From a virus: a stretch of 46,695 bases of DNA. The stretch lies in the IMG/VR virus record IMGVR_UViG_3300026299_000088, positions 1 to 46,695 of that record; one strand, written 5' to 3'. The notes under the pieces are model-generated. The model was not told the DNA's origin. It was given only the letters and a program-made list of their open reading frames with translations, and did no database searches. The stretch's first letter is position 1; each line of letters starts with the position of its first letter. The position numbers and the translations under genes are program-made. Positions 27,366-36,419 of this stretch are shown one piece after another.

Positions 27366-27393
27366 ATGATAGCCATCCGGTACGCCGATGCAA
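27366..27393 (-). promoter_or_regulatory. Sigma70-type moron promoter
   Basis: TTGCAT (27388-27393), 16-nt spacer, TATCAT (27366-27371). Confidence 0.6.
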
Positions 27394-27426
27394 GAGGCCT
27401 CGTCTCTTGATCAGATTCAAGCACGA

Positions 27427-27924
27427 CTACTGCATGTGCGCTCGCGCGCTTCGTAATGCCTTACGGACCAAAATCGTCAGCGCCGCCACCGCGCACCCGG
27501 CAATCGCTACCCGGCCGACGTACCAGCCTTCTGGCGCTTCGGCTAGGTCCTGGTCGATCCGGAAGGTCGCAACCCCGCGAACCACGGATTCGGCAATGTA
27601 GGTCTTCGAGGGTGCAGGACACAGGACCGCCGGCATCCCCTCGCAGGGCCGACACGGCGCCAACGTCGGCGCCAGCTTGCCGCAGGCGTCGCAATTCAAT
27701 TCACCGCAACTATCGCAACCGCCCCAACGACTTTCGGGGAGATCTTGCGCACGCGACCAAGGCGGCAGACAGGGCGCGGGACAGGCCGGCGCGGGCAGAC
27801 ACGGCATTTCGCCCTTACGCGTGACCGTCAAGGTGATGTTCGCCGCATCGACCGTCGCGCAGCCGCGCATCAGCACGACGGACACGCGTTCGGTGGTCGG
27901 TTCGACGATCAGCGGACGGGCCAT
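27427..27924 (-). CDS. Cys-rich putative virion protein
   Basis: SD GGAGGA. 12 Cys in 165 aa including CDSC, CDAC and CRPC, in a Pro-rich insert within a beta-rich frame. Confidence 0.65.
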   Translation of the reverse strand: MARPLIVEPTTERVSVVLMRGCATVDAANITLTVTRKGEMPCLPAPACPAPCLPPWSRAQDLPESRWGGCDSCGELNCDACGKLAPTLAPCRPCEGMPAVLCPAPSKTYIAESVVRGVATFRIDQDLAEAPEGWYVGRVAIAGCAVAALTILVRKALRSARAHMQ

Positions 27925-27933
27925 GTCTTCCTC

Positions 27934-28593
27934 CTACACCGCAAAATCGCCACGCTCGGGCACCATCGTTCGCGCCCCGCCCGTGCGCCCGCGCAGGCGC
28001 CGTGTGCGGGCGCGCAGGATCGCCGCCTCGAAGCGCTGGCCGTAGACGGCCGCCAGGCGCGGATCGCTGAACGGGTGCCCGGTCAGGAGCAACACGTCCG
28101 CGAGCGCACCCTCCACGAGCGCACGTCCCCACTCCTCGGCCAGCCGCGCATCGAGACGGCAGGCGTCGTGCGTCGGCGCGGCGACGTAGCGCACGCACAG
28201 GCTGTCGCAGGCGTCACCCTCACGGTCGATCCAGACCGACACGTCCGGCGTCTCCAACGCCTCCACCCGGAAGCCGCAGCCGGTCTCGATCACATCGCGG
28301 CGCGGATCGAGCATGTGGTCATCGGGCCAGCGGCCATCGGGCGTGCGACGGCCGATCGACACCGCGACGACGCGGACCACCCGCTCGCAGTCGGACGGCA
28401 CGACCGGGTAGTCGCGTACCCCGCAGGCCATCGGCAGGACCGCCTCGCGCTCCAGCCAGCCGGAGGCTTCGCAGAACCGGATCGCGGCGTCGCGCAGGTA
28501 GCTGTGGGCCGCGACATCGGGCAGCCCGGGCGCGGCGGCGACCACGCGCGCCAGGAACGGCGCGAAGTCGGTGAAGCCCGGTCCGCAATTCAC
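27934..28593 (-). CDS. Head-tail adaptor-like protein
   Basis: GTG start at 28593 (GTGA overlap, SD AAGGAG). LRDAAIRFCEAS..W..LVEGALA..PFSDP.LA..Y..RF adaptor-like pattern. Confidence 0.65.
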   Translation of the reverse strand: MNCGPGFTDFAPFLARVVAAAPGLPDVAAHSYLRDAAIRFCEASGWLEREAVLPMACGVRDYPVVPSDCERVVRVVAVSIGRRTPDGRWPDDHMLDPRRDVIETGCGFRVEALETPDVSVWIDREGDACDSLCVRYVAAPTHDACRLDARLAEEWGRALVEGALADVLLLTGHPFSDPRLAAVYGQRFEAAILRARTRRLRGRTGGARTMVPERGDFAV

Positions 28594-29300
28594 GGCTGCG
28601 CTCCTTCCGGCGCGCGTCCGGCCTGCGAGACCGCGACGACCCTCTCCTTCGCCTCGGACACGCCCAGCATGGCGTAGAAGTGCTGGCGGTGGACTTCCTG
28701 CTTGGCAAAGGACTGCGCCGATTCCATGTCCACCGAGTAGGCGCGATACAGCATCCACTCGATCAGCGCGTTGTGCATGCGCGCGGGCGTGACCAATCGA
28801 TCGTTGCGAGGATCGGCGTCGTCCAGGTCCGCGAGCGTGATCGCCTCGGGGGACTGCTGGCACACCAGGGCCACGGTGTAGGTCTGGCCGTCGTCCGGCA
28901 CCGGCGGATCGACGAAGAATGCCCGCGGGTCCTGCGGCGTGAAGCTGTAGCCGCTGAGGCGGTACCCCTTCTCGTTGCAGCCCCACATGCAATCCGTGCC
29001 GGCAAAGGCCTGCAGCAGTCCGTCGTCCACCTTGCGCGCGCGACCAGTGTCGCCAGCCGAGCCGATGACCTTCTGCAACTGGCAGCCGTCCGGCAGCGGT
29101 CCCTGCCGTGCGCCGGCCACCAGCGGGAACACGTCCGTCTGCGCGTACAGTTCCGGCCGGTACAGGTAGACCTGCCGCTGTGCATCGTTGAGGTACTCCA
29201 GCAGATCGGCCCGCGTCCAGCGGATGTGTTCGTAGCCCGGCTCGGCGTCGTTGAGCAGTCGCGCGACTTCGACGATCAGCGCGGCAGCGGACTCGGCCAT
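28590..29300 (-). CDS. Phage adaptor protein (DUF6682-like)
   Basis: Start re-called at MAESAA (TAATG overlap). LLND..RWT..DLLEYLNDAQ..RP..FFVDPP..ALIEWMLYRAYS.D motifs. Confidence 0.75.
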   Translation of the reverse strand: MAESAAALIVEVARLLNDAEPGYEHIRWTRADLLEYLNDAQRQVYLYRPELYAQTDVFPLVAGARQGPLPDGCQLQKVIGSAGDTGRARKVDDGLLQAFAGTDCMWGCNEKGYRLSGYSFTPQDPRAFFVDPPVPDDGQTYTVALVCQQSPEAITLADLDDADPRNDRLVTPARMHNALIEWMLYRAYSVDMESAQSFAKQEVHRQHFYAMLGVSEAKERVVAVSQAGRAPEGAQP

Positions 29301-29701
29301 TACAGCAATGCTCCGCTGGCGCCGTCGTCGATGCGCTCGTTGCGACGCTTGACGAGGTCGCGCCGGGCCTCGCCGATCCGGTTGTCCGCGTCCTCGAACC
29401 CGCCTTCCAGGCCGGCGGTCGCCATGTCCAGCGGGTTGCCGTGGATGTCGGTCTCGATGGTCGGGATGGTCAGGATCGAGCCGACCTTGCGGATCGTCTC
29501 GCCGGCGCGCTCGAAGTCGCGGCCGTTGGTGGTGTAGCCGGGCGTGAGGCCCGGCAACAGCTCGAACTCGTCGTCGCGCGGATACAGGTGGCCGTGCTCG
29601 TCCTGCAAGACCTGCATCTTCTCGCCGGTGTGTTCGATGTTGCGGTGGAGGTCCAGGGACGTGTGCGGCTGGGAGACCTGCGGCATGGGGAAGGGTTGCA
29701 T
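29300..29701 (-). CDS. Phage hypothetical protein
   Basis: SD GAGGA; coupled to the adaptor gene; host-like codon usage. Confidence 0.65.
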   Translation of the reverse strand: MQPFPMPQVSQPHTSLDLHRNIEHTGEKMQVLQDEHGHLYPRDDEFELLPGLTPGYTTNGRDFERAGETIRKVGSILTIPTIETDIHGNPLDMATAGLEGGFEDADNRIGEARRDLVKRRNERIDDGASGALL

Positions 29702-29718
29702 GGGATTCCTCGGACATG

Positions 29719-29743
29719 AAAAAAGCCCCGCCGAAGCGGGGCT
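29719..29743 (-). terminator. Rho-independent terminator after the capsid genes
   Basis: AGCCCCGC-TTCG-GCGGGGCT ending in a T6 run on the minus strand. Confidence 0.9.
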
Positions 29744-29776
29744 GTGGGGATGGCGCGGCGCGCGATGGCGCGGCGA

Positions 29777-30406
29777 TCAGTTGCCGGTGTCGGGATGGAA
29801 GATCACCGCCGAGACGGTGAGCCGCAACTTCGTCGGACCGGCCGCGGGCCAGCCGGCCACGGCGAGCGTCACCGCATCGGCCACGGGCTGCCAGGCGTTG
29901 ACGACGACGTAGTCGCTACTGAGGACCGAACCGTCGATCGCGGCGGTGAACGCGCCCCGCACGGTGGATGCCTGGAAGGACACGCCGGGCTCGGCCGACT
30001 CCACCTTCCAGTAGAACCCGTGCAGGAAGCACCCCGGCGGGATGACGATCGGATAGATCACGTCCTCGCTGCCGATGTCGTGGCAGACCAGGTATTGCTG
30101 CAACCCGGGCTGCAACCGGCCCTCGTCGCCGTTGGGGACGACACAGTCGCCGCGCATCGTGTAGCCGGTATCGACCAGCCCCGGATAGAAGTCGAGCGAG
30201 CGCGAGAGGCCGTAGGCGACGTGGAGCTTGTGGCCGGCGGCCTCGGTGTTGACCCGATCGAGCAGTTCCGTGGTGAGGGCGCCGGTCAGATCGGCCGGCG
30301 TCGGACAGGCGGAGCAGCCGTCGTCGATCCAGCCGGCGGCGTTCTGGCCGAACAGCGCATCGAACGGGGTCTTGCCGCCGCCGTGGTACAGGTGGTGGTA
30401 GGCCAT
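29777..30406 (-). CDS. Putative capsid decoration/cement protein
   Basis: Start MAYHHLY with SD GAGGAG, 10 nt after the capsid stop and before the terminator. IPPGCFLHG motif and beta-rich C-terminus. Confidence 0.6.
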   Translation of the reverse strand: MAYHHLYHGGGKTPFDALFGQNAAGWIDDGCSACPTPADLTGALTTELLDRVNTEAAGHKLHVAYGLSRSLDFYPGLVDTGYTMRGDCVVPNGDEGRLQPGLQQYLVCHDIGSEDVIYPIVIPPGCFLHGFYWKVESAEPGVSFQASTVRGAFTAAIDGSVLSSDYVVVNAWQPVADAVTLAVAGWPAAGPTKLRLTVSAVIFHPDTGN

Positions 30407-30416
30407 GGAGGTCTCC

Positions 30417-31367
30417 TCAGTTGAAGCGCACGTAGGCGACGCCGAGCTGTTCGGGGAACAGCGGCTTGTGGCCGAAGATCGACAGGCCCCGGAAGTAGCT
30501 GCCGAAGAAGTGCTCGGACTTGATGACGTCCGCATCCGAGAGCTGCTGCACGTAGCCGGTCGCATTGCGTCGGCCGAAGATCACGAAGCTGCACTGCGCG
30601 TTGGCGGTGGTGTCGTAGACGGTGGGCACGAAGTTCGAGCCGAGCAGGCGGAAGCCGGCCGGGTCGAGGTTGCGCAGGGGCTTGCCGCTGGCATCGACGA
30701 GGAAGCTGCGCGGCAGGCCGGTGACGAAGGCGTTGGACAGCGGCGAGGTGAACAGCGGTGCGGTCGCGGCGGGCGGCAAAATCATGAACATCTCACCGGC
30801 CTCCCAGACGTTGCTCTCGGCCATGACCTGATTGCAGCGCGCGAAGAACTCCAGCAGGTTGCCGCCGGTGATCTGGAGCGGGTTGCCGACCGCGCCGAGG
30901 TTGACGTTGCGGCTGTTGAGGCCGGCGTTGATGCCTTTGTTGTAGGGCGCGGCATCGCGGATCATCTTGGCGAGGATCGATTTCTCCTGCGCGTAGCCGA
31001 CCGACCGGCCGCCCGAGGCGATGAGGGCGTTCTGCAGGTCGTCCGCGTTGCGGATCTGCTTCACGTCCACCCGGTCGAGCTTGTAGTTCCAGTAGAACCC
31101 CTCGTCCACCGTGAGCGTGGTGGTCTCGATCTCCGGCGTGTCGGTCTGGAGCCGGAGGTTCTTCTGGTAGCGGTGGATGCGCGCGACCGGCTCGCGCTGG
31201 AAGGTGATCTGGTCGCCGAACTGGCGCAGTTGGCCGGTGTAGCTGGTGGAAGTGATGTCCTTCATCAGCGTCTCCGCGTAGGAGCGCATGAGGAAGCGCG
31301 GATAGAAGTGCGGCTGGATCAGCGACCCGCTGTACTGCGGGTAGCCGGTCGCGGCGGGGATGGTCAT
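30417..31367 (-). CDS. Major capsid protein
   Basis: 316 aa following the scaffold. YTGQLRQFGDQITF, TLTVDEG.Y..Y.LD.VD and F.GLSIFG.K...PE fit the HK97/P22-type coat pattern. Confidence 0.85.
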   Translation of the reverse strand: MTIPAATGYPQYSGSLIQPHFYPRFLMRSYAETLMKDITSTSYTGQLRQFGDQITFQREPVARIHRYQKNLRLQTDTPEIETTTLTVDEGFYWNYKLDRVDVKQIRNADDLQNALIASGGRSVGYAQEKSILAKMIRDAAPYNKGINAGLNSRNVNLGAVGNPLQITGGNLLEFFARCNQVMAESNVWEAGEMFMILPPAATAPLFTSPLSNAFVTGLPRSFLVDASGKPLRNLDPAGFRLLGSNFVPTVYDTTANAQCSFVIFGRRNATGYVQQLSDADVIKSEHFFGSYFRGLSIFGHKPLFPEQLGVAYVRFN

Positions 31368-31474
31368 GGAACGAATCTCCGTGAGTCAGCGTTGGGGATG
31401 CGCTGTCCACGGCCCTCAAGCGAGGGGGCAATGCTGTCGACACCCGCACGATGGGTGCGTGTGCCGGTGATCGA

Positions 31475-32521
31475 TCAGGGATCGACGCGCCCCTCGCGCA
31501 GCGCCTGCTGGAAAGCGCGCTCGAACTGCTGAAGCTCCTGGAACGTCTTCTGCCCGCGTTGCCACAACCCCATCATCGATTCCATGTCGCCCGAGCGGAA
31601 CCGCTGGCCGGCGGCCGGTGCGCCGCCCGCATGGATGCGGTCGGGCACGGCGAGCGCGTCCAGCGCCGAGGGCGCGGGAGTGCGATCGGAGGGGGATGCC
31701 TTGCGCTGCTGGAACGCCTGCACGATCTCGACGATGCCGTCGATGTCGCGGCGGGCGTCCGCCTCTTGCAGCGCCTGGTTGAAGGTCTTGCCGCCGCCGA
31801 AGGGGATCGGCTGGAACACGAAGCTGGCCCACTCGCCGTCCTGGAACACCGACTGCGCGGCGCCGAGGCGCTGGGCGAGGCGTTCGCGGAAGCCCTGGGT
31901 TTCGCTCTGCGTCAGGCGCGTTTCCAGCGGCTTGACCTGGTCGGCGACCTGCTGCTGCAGGCCGTCGACCTTGGTCAGGAGCGCGCGGATGGCCTTGGCG
32001 CCGTTCTCGCCGAACTCGAAGGCGAGGTCGTCGTCGCTCAGCTCGCCCAGTCCGGGCGCGGCGGCCGGCGCAGCGGCCGGTGTCGCCTGCTTGAGCGCTT
32101 CGAGTTCCTGGCTCTGCCGCTGGGTCAGGTCGCGCAGCAACTGGAGTTCGGCGTTCGTGTCGATGCCCTCGCCCTGCCCGCTCCGCGCTTTGAGGGCACG
32201 GACTTCTTCGGACAGGCGTGGGACTTCGGCGTCGTACTTGCCCTTCAGGGCGTGATAGCGGGCTTCCCACTTCGCGTCGTCGGCGCTCGGTGCGGCGGTG
32301 TCCGGGCCGGGAGTATCCGGGTCGGGTCGCCAGTGTTCGAGGTTGACGTACTGCGCCTCGGACGCATCCGGGGCGGCCGGCGAAGCCGGTGTCGCAGCGG
32401 GTGCGGGCGCAGCGGGTGCGGGTTGGGTTCCAGGGGCCGGGGTCGGCGGCGACGGGGCTGCGCCCGGTGCCGCGGCATCGGCCTGCTGTTGCAGTTGTTC
32501 AAGCGAGAAAAAATCGGACAT
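31475..32521 (-). CDS. Capsid scaffolding protein
   Basis: Start re-called at MSDFFS (SD GAGG). Pro/Ala-rich N-terminus, coiled coil WEARYHALKGKYDAEVPRL, C-terminal A.REGRV; directly upstream of the capsid gene. Confidence 0.8.
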   Translation of the reverse strand: MSDFFSLEQLQQQADAAAPGAAPSPPTPAPGTQPAPAAPAPAATPASPAAPDASEAQYVNLEHWRPDPDTPGPDTAAPSADDAKWEARYHALKGKYDAEVPRLSEEVRALKARSGQGEGIDTNAELQLLRDLTQRQSQELEALKQATPAAAPAAAPGLGELSDDDLAFEFGENGAKAIRALLTKVDGLQQQVADQVKPLETRLTQSETQGFRERLAQRLGAAQSVFQDGEWASFVFQPIPFGGGKTFNQALQEADARRDIDGIVEIVQAFQQRKASPSDRTPAPSALDALAVPDRIHAGGAPAAGQRFRSGDMESMMGLWQRGQKTFQELQQFERAFQQALREGRVDP

Positions 32522-32676
32522 GGGAACCTCGGGAGCGGAGCCGCGACGGTGCCGCACGGCGTCGCGCCGGAGCCGGGACACGCGGCTGGCCTGCCGGTGT
32601 CGTCGGTGTTCCGGGGCGACGCCCGTGCGGGCGTCGTCGGTATTCCTGGGAGGAAGGAACCCGGCTTGCGCCGGGG
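32522..32676 (-). promoter_or_regulatory. Structured leader upstream of the scaffold gene
   Basis: CCCGGC-GCAA-GCCGGG hairpin, two GGAAYACCGACGAC repeats, two GGCTCC copies and several stems. Confidence 0.5.
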
Positions 32677-32679
32677 GCA

Positions 32680-32949
32680 CTACAGCAGCGGGCCGTGCGG
32701 CACCGCGGCGGCGGTGTGGGGCGCGCTGTCGGCAGAGGCCGCCAGCGCATGAATCTGTCGGATGGCGCGCGCCGCGCCCTGCTGGCGCAGCATGTCGGTC
32801 GTCTCGTCCATGCCGACGAGCCGGTCGGCGGCGTCCTGGTCGAGTTGCGCGAGGTAGCCGACGAAGACGCGCCAGGCATTCGGGTTCGCGGACAGCGAAC
32901 GCACCGCCTCGCGCACGCGCATCAGTTCGCGCTGCGGATCGCGACTCAT
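32680..32949 (-). CDS. Small helical head-module protein
   Basis: W..FV.YL....D.LV......RQQGAA pattern, typical of the small gene between portal and scaffold; ATGA overlap. Confidence 0.7.
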   Translation of the reverse strand: MSRDPQRELMRVREAVRSLSANPNAWRVFVGYLAQLDQDAADRLVGMDETTDMLRQQGAARAIRQIHALAASADSAPHTAAAVPHGPLL

Positions 32950-33344
32950 GCGAGCGCCTGCGTCACGCCGTTGCGGCGCAGGACGATCACGGTCGGCATG
33001 TCGATGCCGGGCGCCACGCCTTCGGCCACGAGCCGATAGCGACCGGGCAGGACGACGGCGAGTTGGGTGTTCGCGACATCGAGCGCGAGCGGCTGGCCGT
33101 GGTGGACGACGGGGGCATACAGCGTGGTGTCCCGGTAACCCGTCACCATGTCCACGCGCACGCGCTGGCCGGGCTTGAGATCGAACGCGCAGACCACGGC
33201 GGCCGGCGCGATCACCTCGAACTCCGGCGATTCCACCGACTCGGAATCCGGCGAGAGGTACACATCGTCGCGGCGGCCGTTCGGCTGGCCGGCGTAGCCC
33301 AGGATGCCGGGCGCGCAGCCCGGCCTGTCGAAAATGCTGGTCAT
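32946..33344 (-). CDS. Beta-rich putative virion protein, paralog of 36420..36800
   Basis: Start re-called at MTSIFDRPGC. Shares ESPEFEV..LDVANTQLAVVLPGRYRL with EAPNVEV..LCERHNQVVLAIPGTYRV. Confidence 0.6.
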   Translation of the reverse strand: MTSIFDRPGCAPGILGYAGQPNGRRDDVYLSPDSESVESPEFEVIAPAAVVCAFDLKPGQRVRVDMVTGYRDTTLYAPVVHHGQPLALDVANTQLAVVLPGRYRLVAEGVAPGIDMPTVIVLRRNGVTQALA

Positions 33345-33351
33345 GCCGGCC

Positions 33352-33804
33352 TCACAGGCACTCGACGTTGACGCCGAGCTGCACGTTGTCCACGGTCGCG
33401 GTGTCGATGACCACGCCATCGCCGGCGCGCCGCAGTTCGAGCGTCGCCGAGACGAACCGGCCGCCAGACACGCCGGAGAGCGTGTACGACCACGCCAGCT
33501 GGCGCCCGGCCGCCAGCGACAGCCACGCGCCCACGGCCACGCCTTGGGGCGCGTCACCGCTGGCGACGCGCAGTTCGTAGTTCGACGCCGTCTCGCCCGT
33601 GGCGAGCCAGCGCCCGCGATTGCCGGGCGTCACCGGTGCGAGGCTGGACCCTTCCGTGACTTGGCCGTCCTGACCCAGCCCGATGAAATACTGCACGGTG
33701 GTCCCCGCGCCGCCGGTGGTGACGAAGCAGCCGCGGCGTGCGCCGTCGAAGGGGAACCCCGTGGTCGTCGTCACGACGACCGGATTGCAGACGCTATTGG
33801 CCAT
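33352..33804 (-). CDS. Stand-alone fibre tip-like domain protein
   Basis: Start MANSVC (SD GGAG). Paralogous to the C-terminal domain of 33821..35455. Confidence 0.65.
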   Translation of the reverse strand: MANSVCNPVVVTTTTGFPFDGARRGCFVTTGGAGTTVQYFIGLGQDGQVTEGSSLAPVTPGNRGRWLATGETASNYELRVASGDAPQGVAVGAWLSLAAGRQLAWSYTLSGVSGGRFVSATLELRRAGDGVVIDTATVDNVQLGVNVECL

Positions 33805-33820
33805 GTCGTTCGCTCCGAAC

Positions 33821-35455
33821 TCAAGGACACTGGGCGTTGACGCCCGTGAAGACCTGATAACCGCCATAGGGCTCGTCGACGACGAGCTGCTGGTCGCTGA
33901 CACGGCGGATCTGCAGGCGACCGCCGATGGTCGCGCTGGTGCCGCAGGCGAGCGTGCGCGTCCAGGCGCGCGCCGCGCCGAGCGGCAACCAGACATCCAG
34001 CCCGTCGGGGCCATCCGACAAGCCGCCGCTGACACGGACCTCGAAACCGGCCGGATTGGCGCCGCTGCTGCCGATCCAGTTGCCGCCATCGCCGGCCGCC
34101 GCGCCACCGATGGCGCCGCTCGGCGCAATCGTCAGGTCGGCGGTGTAGACGTTGGCGTTCGGCGGCGTGCAGTCCAGCGCGAAGCACTGCCCGGCGTCGC
34201 GCACCAGCGCGCCGGCCGGCAGGCCGGGCGTCGCCGGCAGCAGGGAGCAGACGGTCGCCGTCGTCGCGCCCGCGACGATCTGGCCGGACAGCGTGGTCAG
34301 TACCACGCCGCTGGTCGTGCCGTCGAAGCTGGCGCAGACCTGGCCGCCATCGACCACGGCACCGCTCACGGTCACGACGAAGGGGAAGCCGCCCGCCGGC
34401 GCCGGGCCGTTGAGGACCACGGTCCAGCACACCGTATCGCCGGGCGACACGCTCCCGGGGTGATCGCTGGTGATGTCGATCAGGGCGAGCGCGCCGTCGT
34501 TGTCGGTGATCGTCACCGGCACACGCCCGCCCGGAAACGTCGGCATGCGCGGCGTGGTCCCGATGTCCAGGCCCAGTTCGCGATCCGGCTCGTCGATCGT
34601 GTCGTCGGTGGTCTGCACGCAGACGCTGGCGCGTGACTGCCCAACGGGAATGGTCAGCGGCGAGGCGATGGCGTAGCCGTGGATCGCCTGCTCGTCGCCC
34701 GACAGCGCCACCGGGATCGTCACCGCCGCGCCCGTGACCGGCGCATCCAGGACGATCTCCCAGCAGACGTTCGTGCCTTCGGGCACGCTGTACCCGGGCG
34801 AGACGTTGACCGCCGTGATGGTGTGCGTCGAGGGCGGCGCTTCGTCGTTGTCGAGGATCGCGATGCAGGCGCTACCGCCCTGGGACAACCGCGGCGCCTC
34901 CACGTGCAGGCACAGTTCGCGCGTGCCCAGGACCGTGCCGTCGTCGAGCGTCGCCACGCACACCTCCACCGCCGCCTGCCCGACCGGGATGACGACGCCG
35001 ACCGGCGCGGGGTAGCCGCGCAACGCCTGCTCGGAGCCGAACAAGCTGAAGGTCAGCGGCAGATCGTGGCCGGCGACAACCGGCGTCACCTCGATCCGCC
35101 AGCACGCGGCCTGGCCTTCGACGATGGGCGTCGCCAGCGGCACGACGCCGACCAGCGTGTGCTGCGAGTCGCAGCAGGTGTTGGCGATGATGCGCGTGCC
35201 GCCCGGTCCGACCGTGATCGCGATCCCGGGACCGGCGACGATGCGGTTCAGGAAGGTCTGCTGTGCGAGTTCGATGGCGGCGGCCAGTTCCGCGCACGTC
35301 GGGATCGCATCGCCGGGCACGTGATCGGCGCCGGCACAGGTCTTGAACACGCGGGCGAAGGACTCGGCGGGGATCGTGTCCGGCGGCAGGGTGTCGCCGG
35401 GCGCGAACGGCAGGTGCTGTCCACGTTCGTACTTCAGGGGGCGATGTTCGGGCAT
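33821..35455 (-). CDS. Fibre/adhesin-like virion protein with three Calx-beta/Ig-like repeats
   Basis: Repeats EG..CW.I.L..IP.GQ...VCV.T.DD...REL.L...I.DND (two clear, one degenerate); Cys-motif N-terminus. Confidence 0.75.
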   Translation of the reverse strand: MPEHRPLKYERGQHLPFAPGDTLPPDTIPAESFARVFKTCAGADHVPGDAIPTCAELAAAIELAQQTFLNRIVAGPGIAITVGPGGTRIIANTCCDSQHTLVGVVPLATPIVEGQAACWRIEVTPVVAGHDLPLTFSLFGSEQALRGYPAPVGVVIPVGQAAVEVCVATLDDGTVLGTRELCLHVEAPRLSQGGSACIAILDNDEAPPSTHTITAVNVSPGYSVPEGTNVCWEIVLDAPVTGAAVTIPVALSGDEQAIHGYAIASPLTIPVGQSRASVCVQTTDDTIDEPDRELGLDIGTTPRMPTFPGGRVPVTITDNDGALALIDITSDHPGSVSPGDTVCWTVVLNGPAPAGGFPFVVTVSGAVVDGGQVCASFDGTTSGVVLTTLSGQIVAGATTATVCSLLPATPGLPAGALVRDAGQCFALDCTPPNANVYTADLTIAPSGAIGGAAAGDGGNWIGSSGANPAGFEVRVSGGLSDGPDGLDVWLPLGAARAWTRTLACGTSATIGGRLQIRRVSDQQLVVDEPYGGYQVFTGVNAQCP

Positions 35456-35465
35456 GGGAACTCCG

Positions 35466-35774
35466 TCAGGATTCGACGTGGGACTGCTCGCAGCAGGTGT
35501 TGGTCAGCAGGTAAGTGCCATCCGGCCGCAGGGTGATCGCGATGCCGGTCCCGGCGATGAGCCGGGCCAGCGCCTGCACGAACCCCTGCTCGATCGCGGC
35601 GTCCATCTCCGCGCACAGCGGGATTGCCGCGCCCGGCATGTGCGCCGTGCCGGCGCAGGTCGCGAACGCAGCGGCGAAACCGTCGCCGGGCACCGTGTCC
35701 GCCGGCACGGTGTCGCCGGGCGCGAACGGGCGGTGGCCGCCCGCGTCGTATTGGAGGGGGCGGTGTGCGGCCAT
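35466..35774 (-). CDS. Stand-alone copy of the fibre N-terminal domain (102 aa)
   Basis: MAAHRPLQY..PFAPGDT..TCAG..H.PG.AIP.CAE..AG.GIAIT..NTCC is colinear with the first ~100 aa of 33821..35455. Confidence 0.75.
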   Translation of the reverse strand: MAAHRPLQYDAGGHRPFAPGDTVPADTVPGDGFAAAFATCAGTAHMPGAAIPLCAEMDAAIEQGFVQALARLIAGTGIAITLRPDGTYLLTNTCCEQSHVES

Positions 35775-35800
35775 GGGTCGTTCCGTTCGTGCGGCGGCGG

Positions 35801-36406
35801 TCAGGGGGTCTCGACGGTGGCGGCGCCGCAATCGACGAAGGCGTAGTACGGCAGTACGTAGCCGCCGATGTTCACCCAGCCGATGGGCCGACCCAGCAGG
35901 CCATCGCGCCCGCCGTAGAGCGTCGTCGGCAAGGTGTCGTTCTCGCTGGTCGCCGGAGGGTTGGCGCCCGTGATCCCGATGCGCGCACCGGTCGTCGCGG
36001 TGTCGATCGCGTCCTGCATCTCCGTGCAGGTCGGGATGCGGTCGCCGGGCATGTGGGGTTGCCCCGCGCACGTCCGGAACACCGCCGCCACCTGGTCGGT
36101 GGTCAGCGCGGCCGGCGTCGGCGTCTCGACCGCGCTGCCGTCCGACAGGGAGATGACCAGCCGGCCATCGGCGGTGAAGGTCACGGCGGTCACGCGCACG
36201 CTGGCAGCGGGCGTCGGCAGGCCGTCGATCGCGGCGGCGAGGTCCGCGCACGTCGCCAGCGGGGTCTGCCCCGCCAGCACGGGCGCGCCGTTGCAATCGG
36301 TGCCGAGGTTGGTCCCCAGCAGCACGCCGCCGACGACGCGCGCGTCGATCAGGGTCAGATTGCGGACGGTCGTGCCGTCGATGTTGATCTCGTCGCAGCA
36401 GGACAT
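35801..36406 (-). CDS. Cys-motif fibre-associated protein
   Basis: SD GAGGAG. Two CxG-x(n)-TC motifs; C-terminal LPT..YG.R..LLG.P.GW......LPYY. Confidence 0.7.
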   Translation of the reverse strand: MSCCDEINIDGTTVRNLTLIDARVVGGVLLGTNLGTDCNGAPVLAGQTPLATCADLAAAIDGLPTPAASVRVTAVTFTADGRLVISLSDGSAVETPTPAALTTDQVAAVFRTCAGQPHMPGDRIPTCTEMQDAIDTATTGARIGITGANPPATSENDTLPTTLYGGRDGLLGRPIGWVNIGGYVLPYYAFVDCGAATVETP

Positions 36407-36419
36407 GCGGACTCCTCGT

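Noticed and set aside
30406..30565. Possible capsid-decoration frameshift fusion like T7 10A/10B
   Set aside because: The overlap is in the +1 frame, no slippery site is seen, and the downstream gene has its own GAGGAG SD.
33352..34150. Diversity-generating retroelement or invertible tip switch acting on the duplicated fibre tip
   Set aside because: Tip paralogs are similar only at the protein level; no adenine-specific near-identical repeat, reverse transcriptase or invertase in the window.
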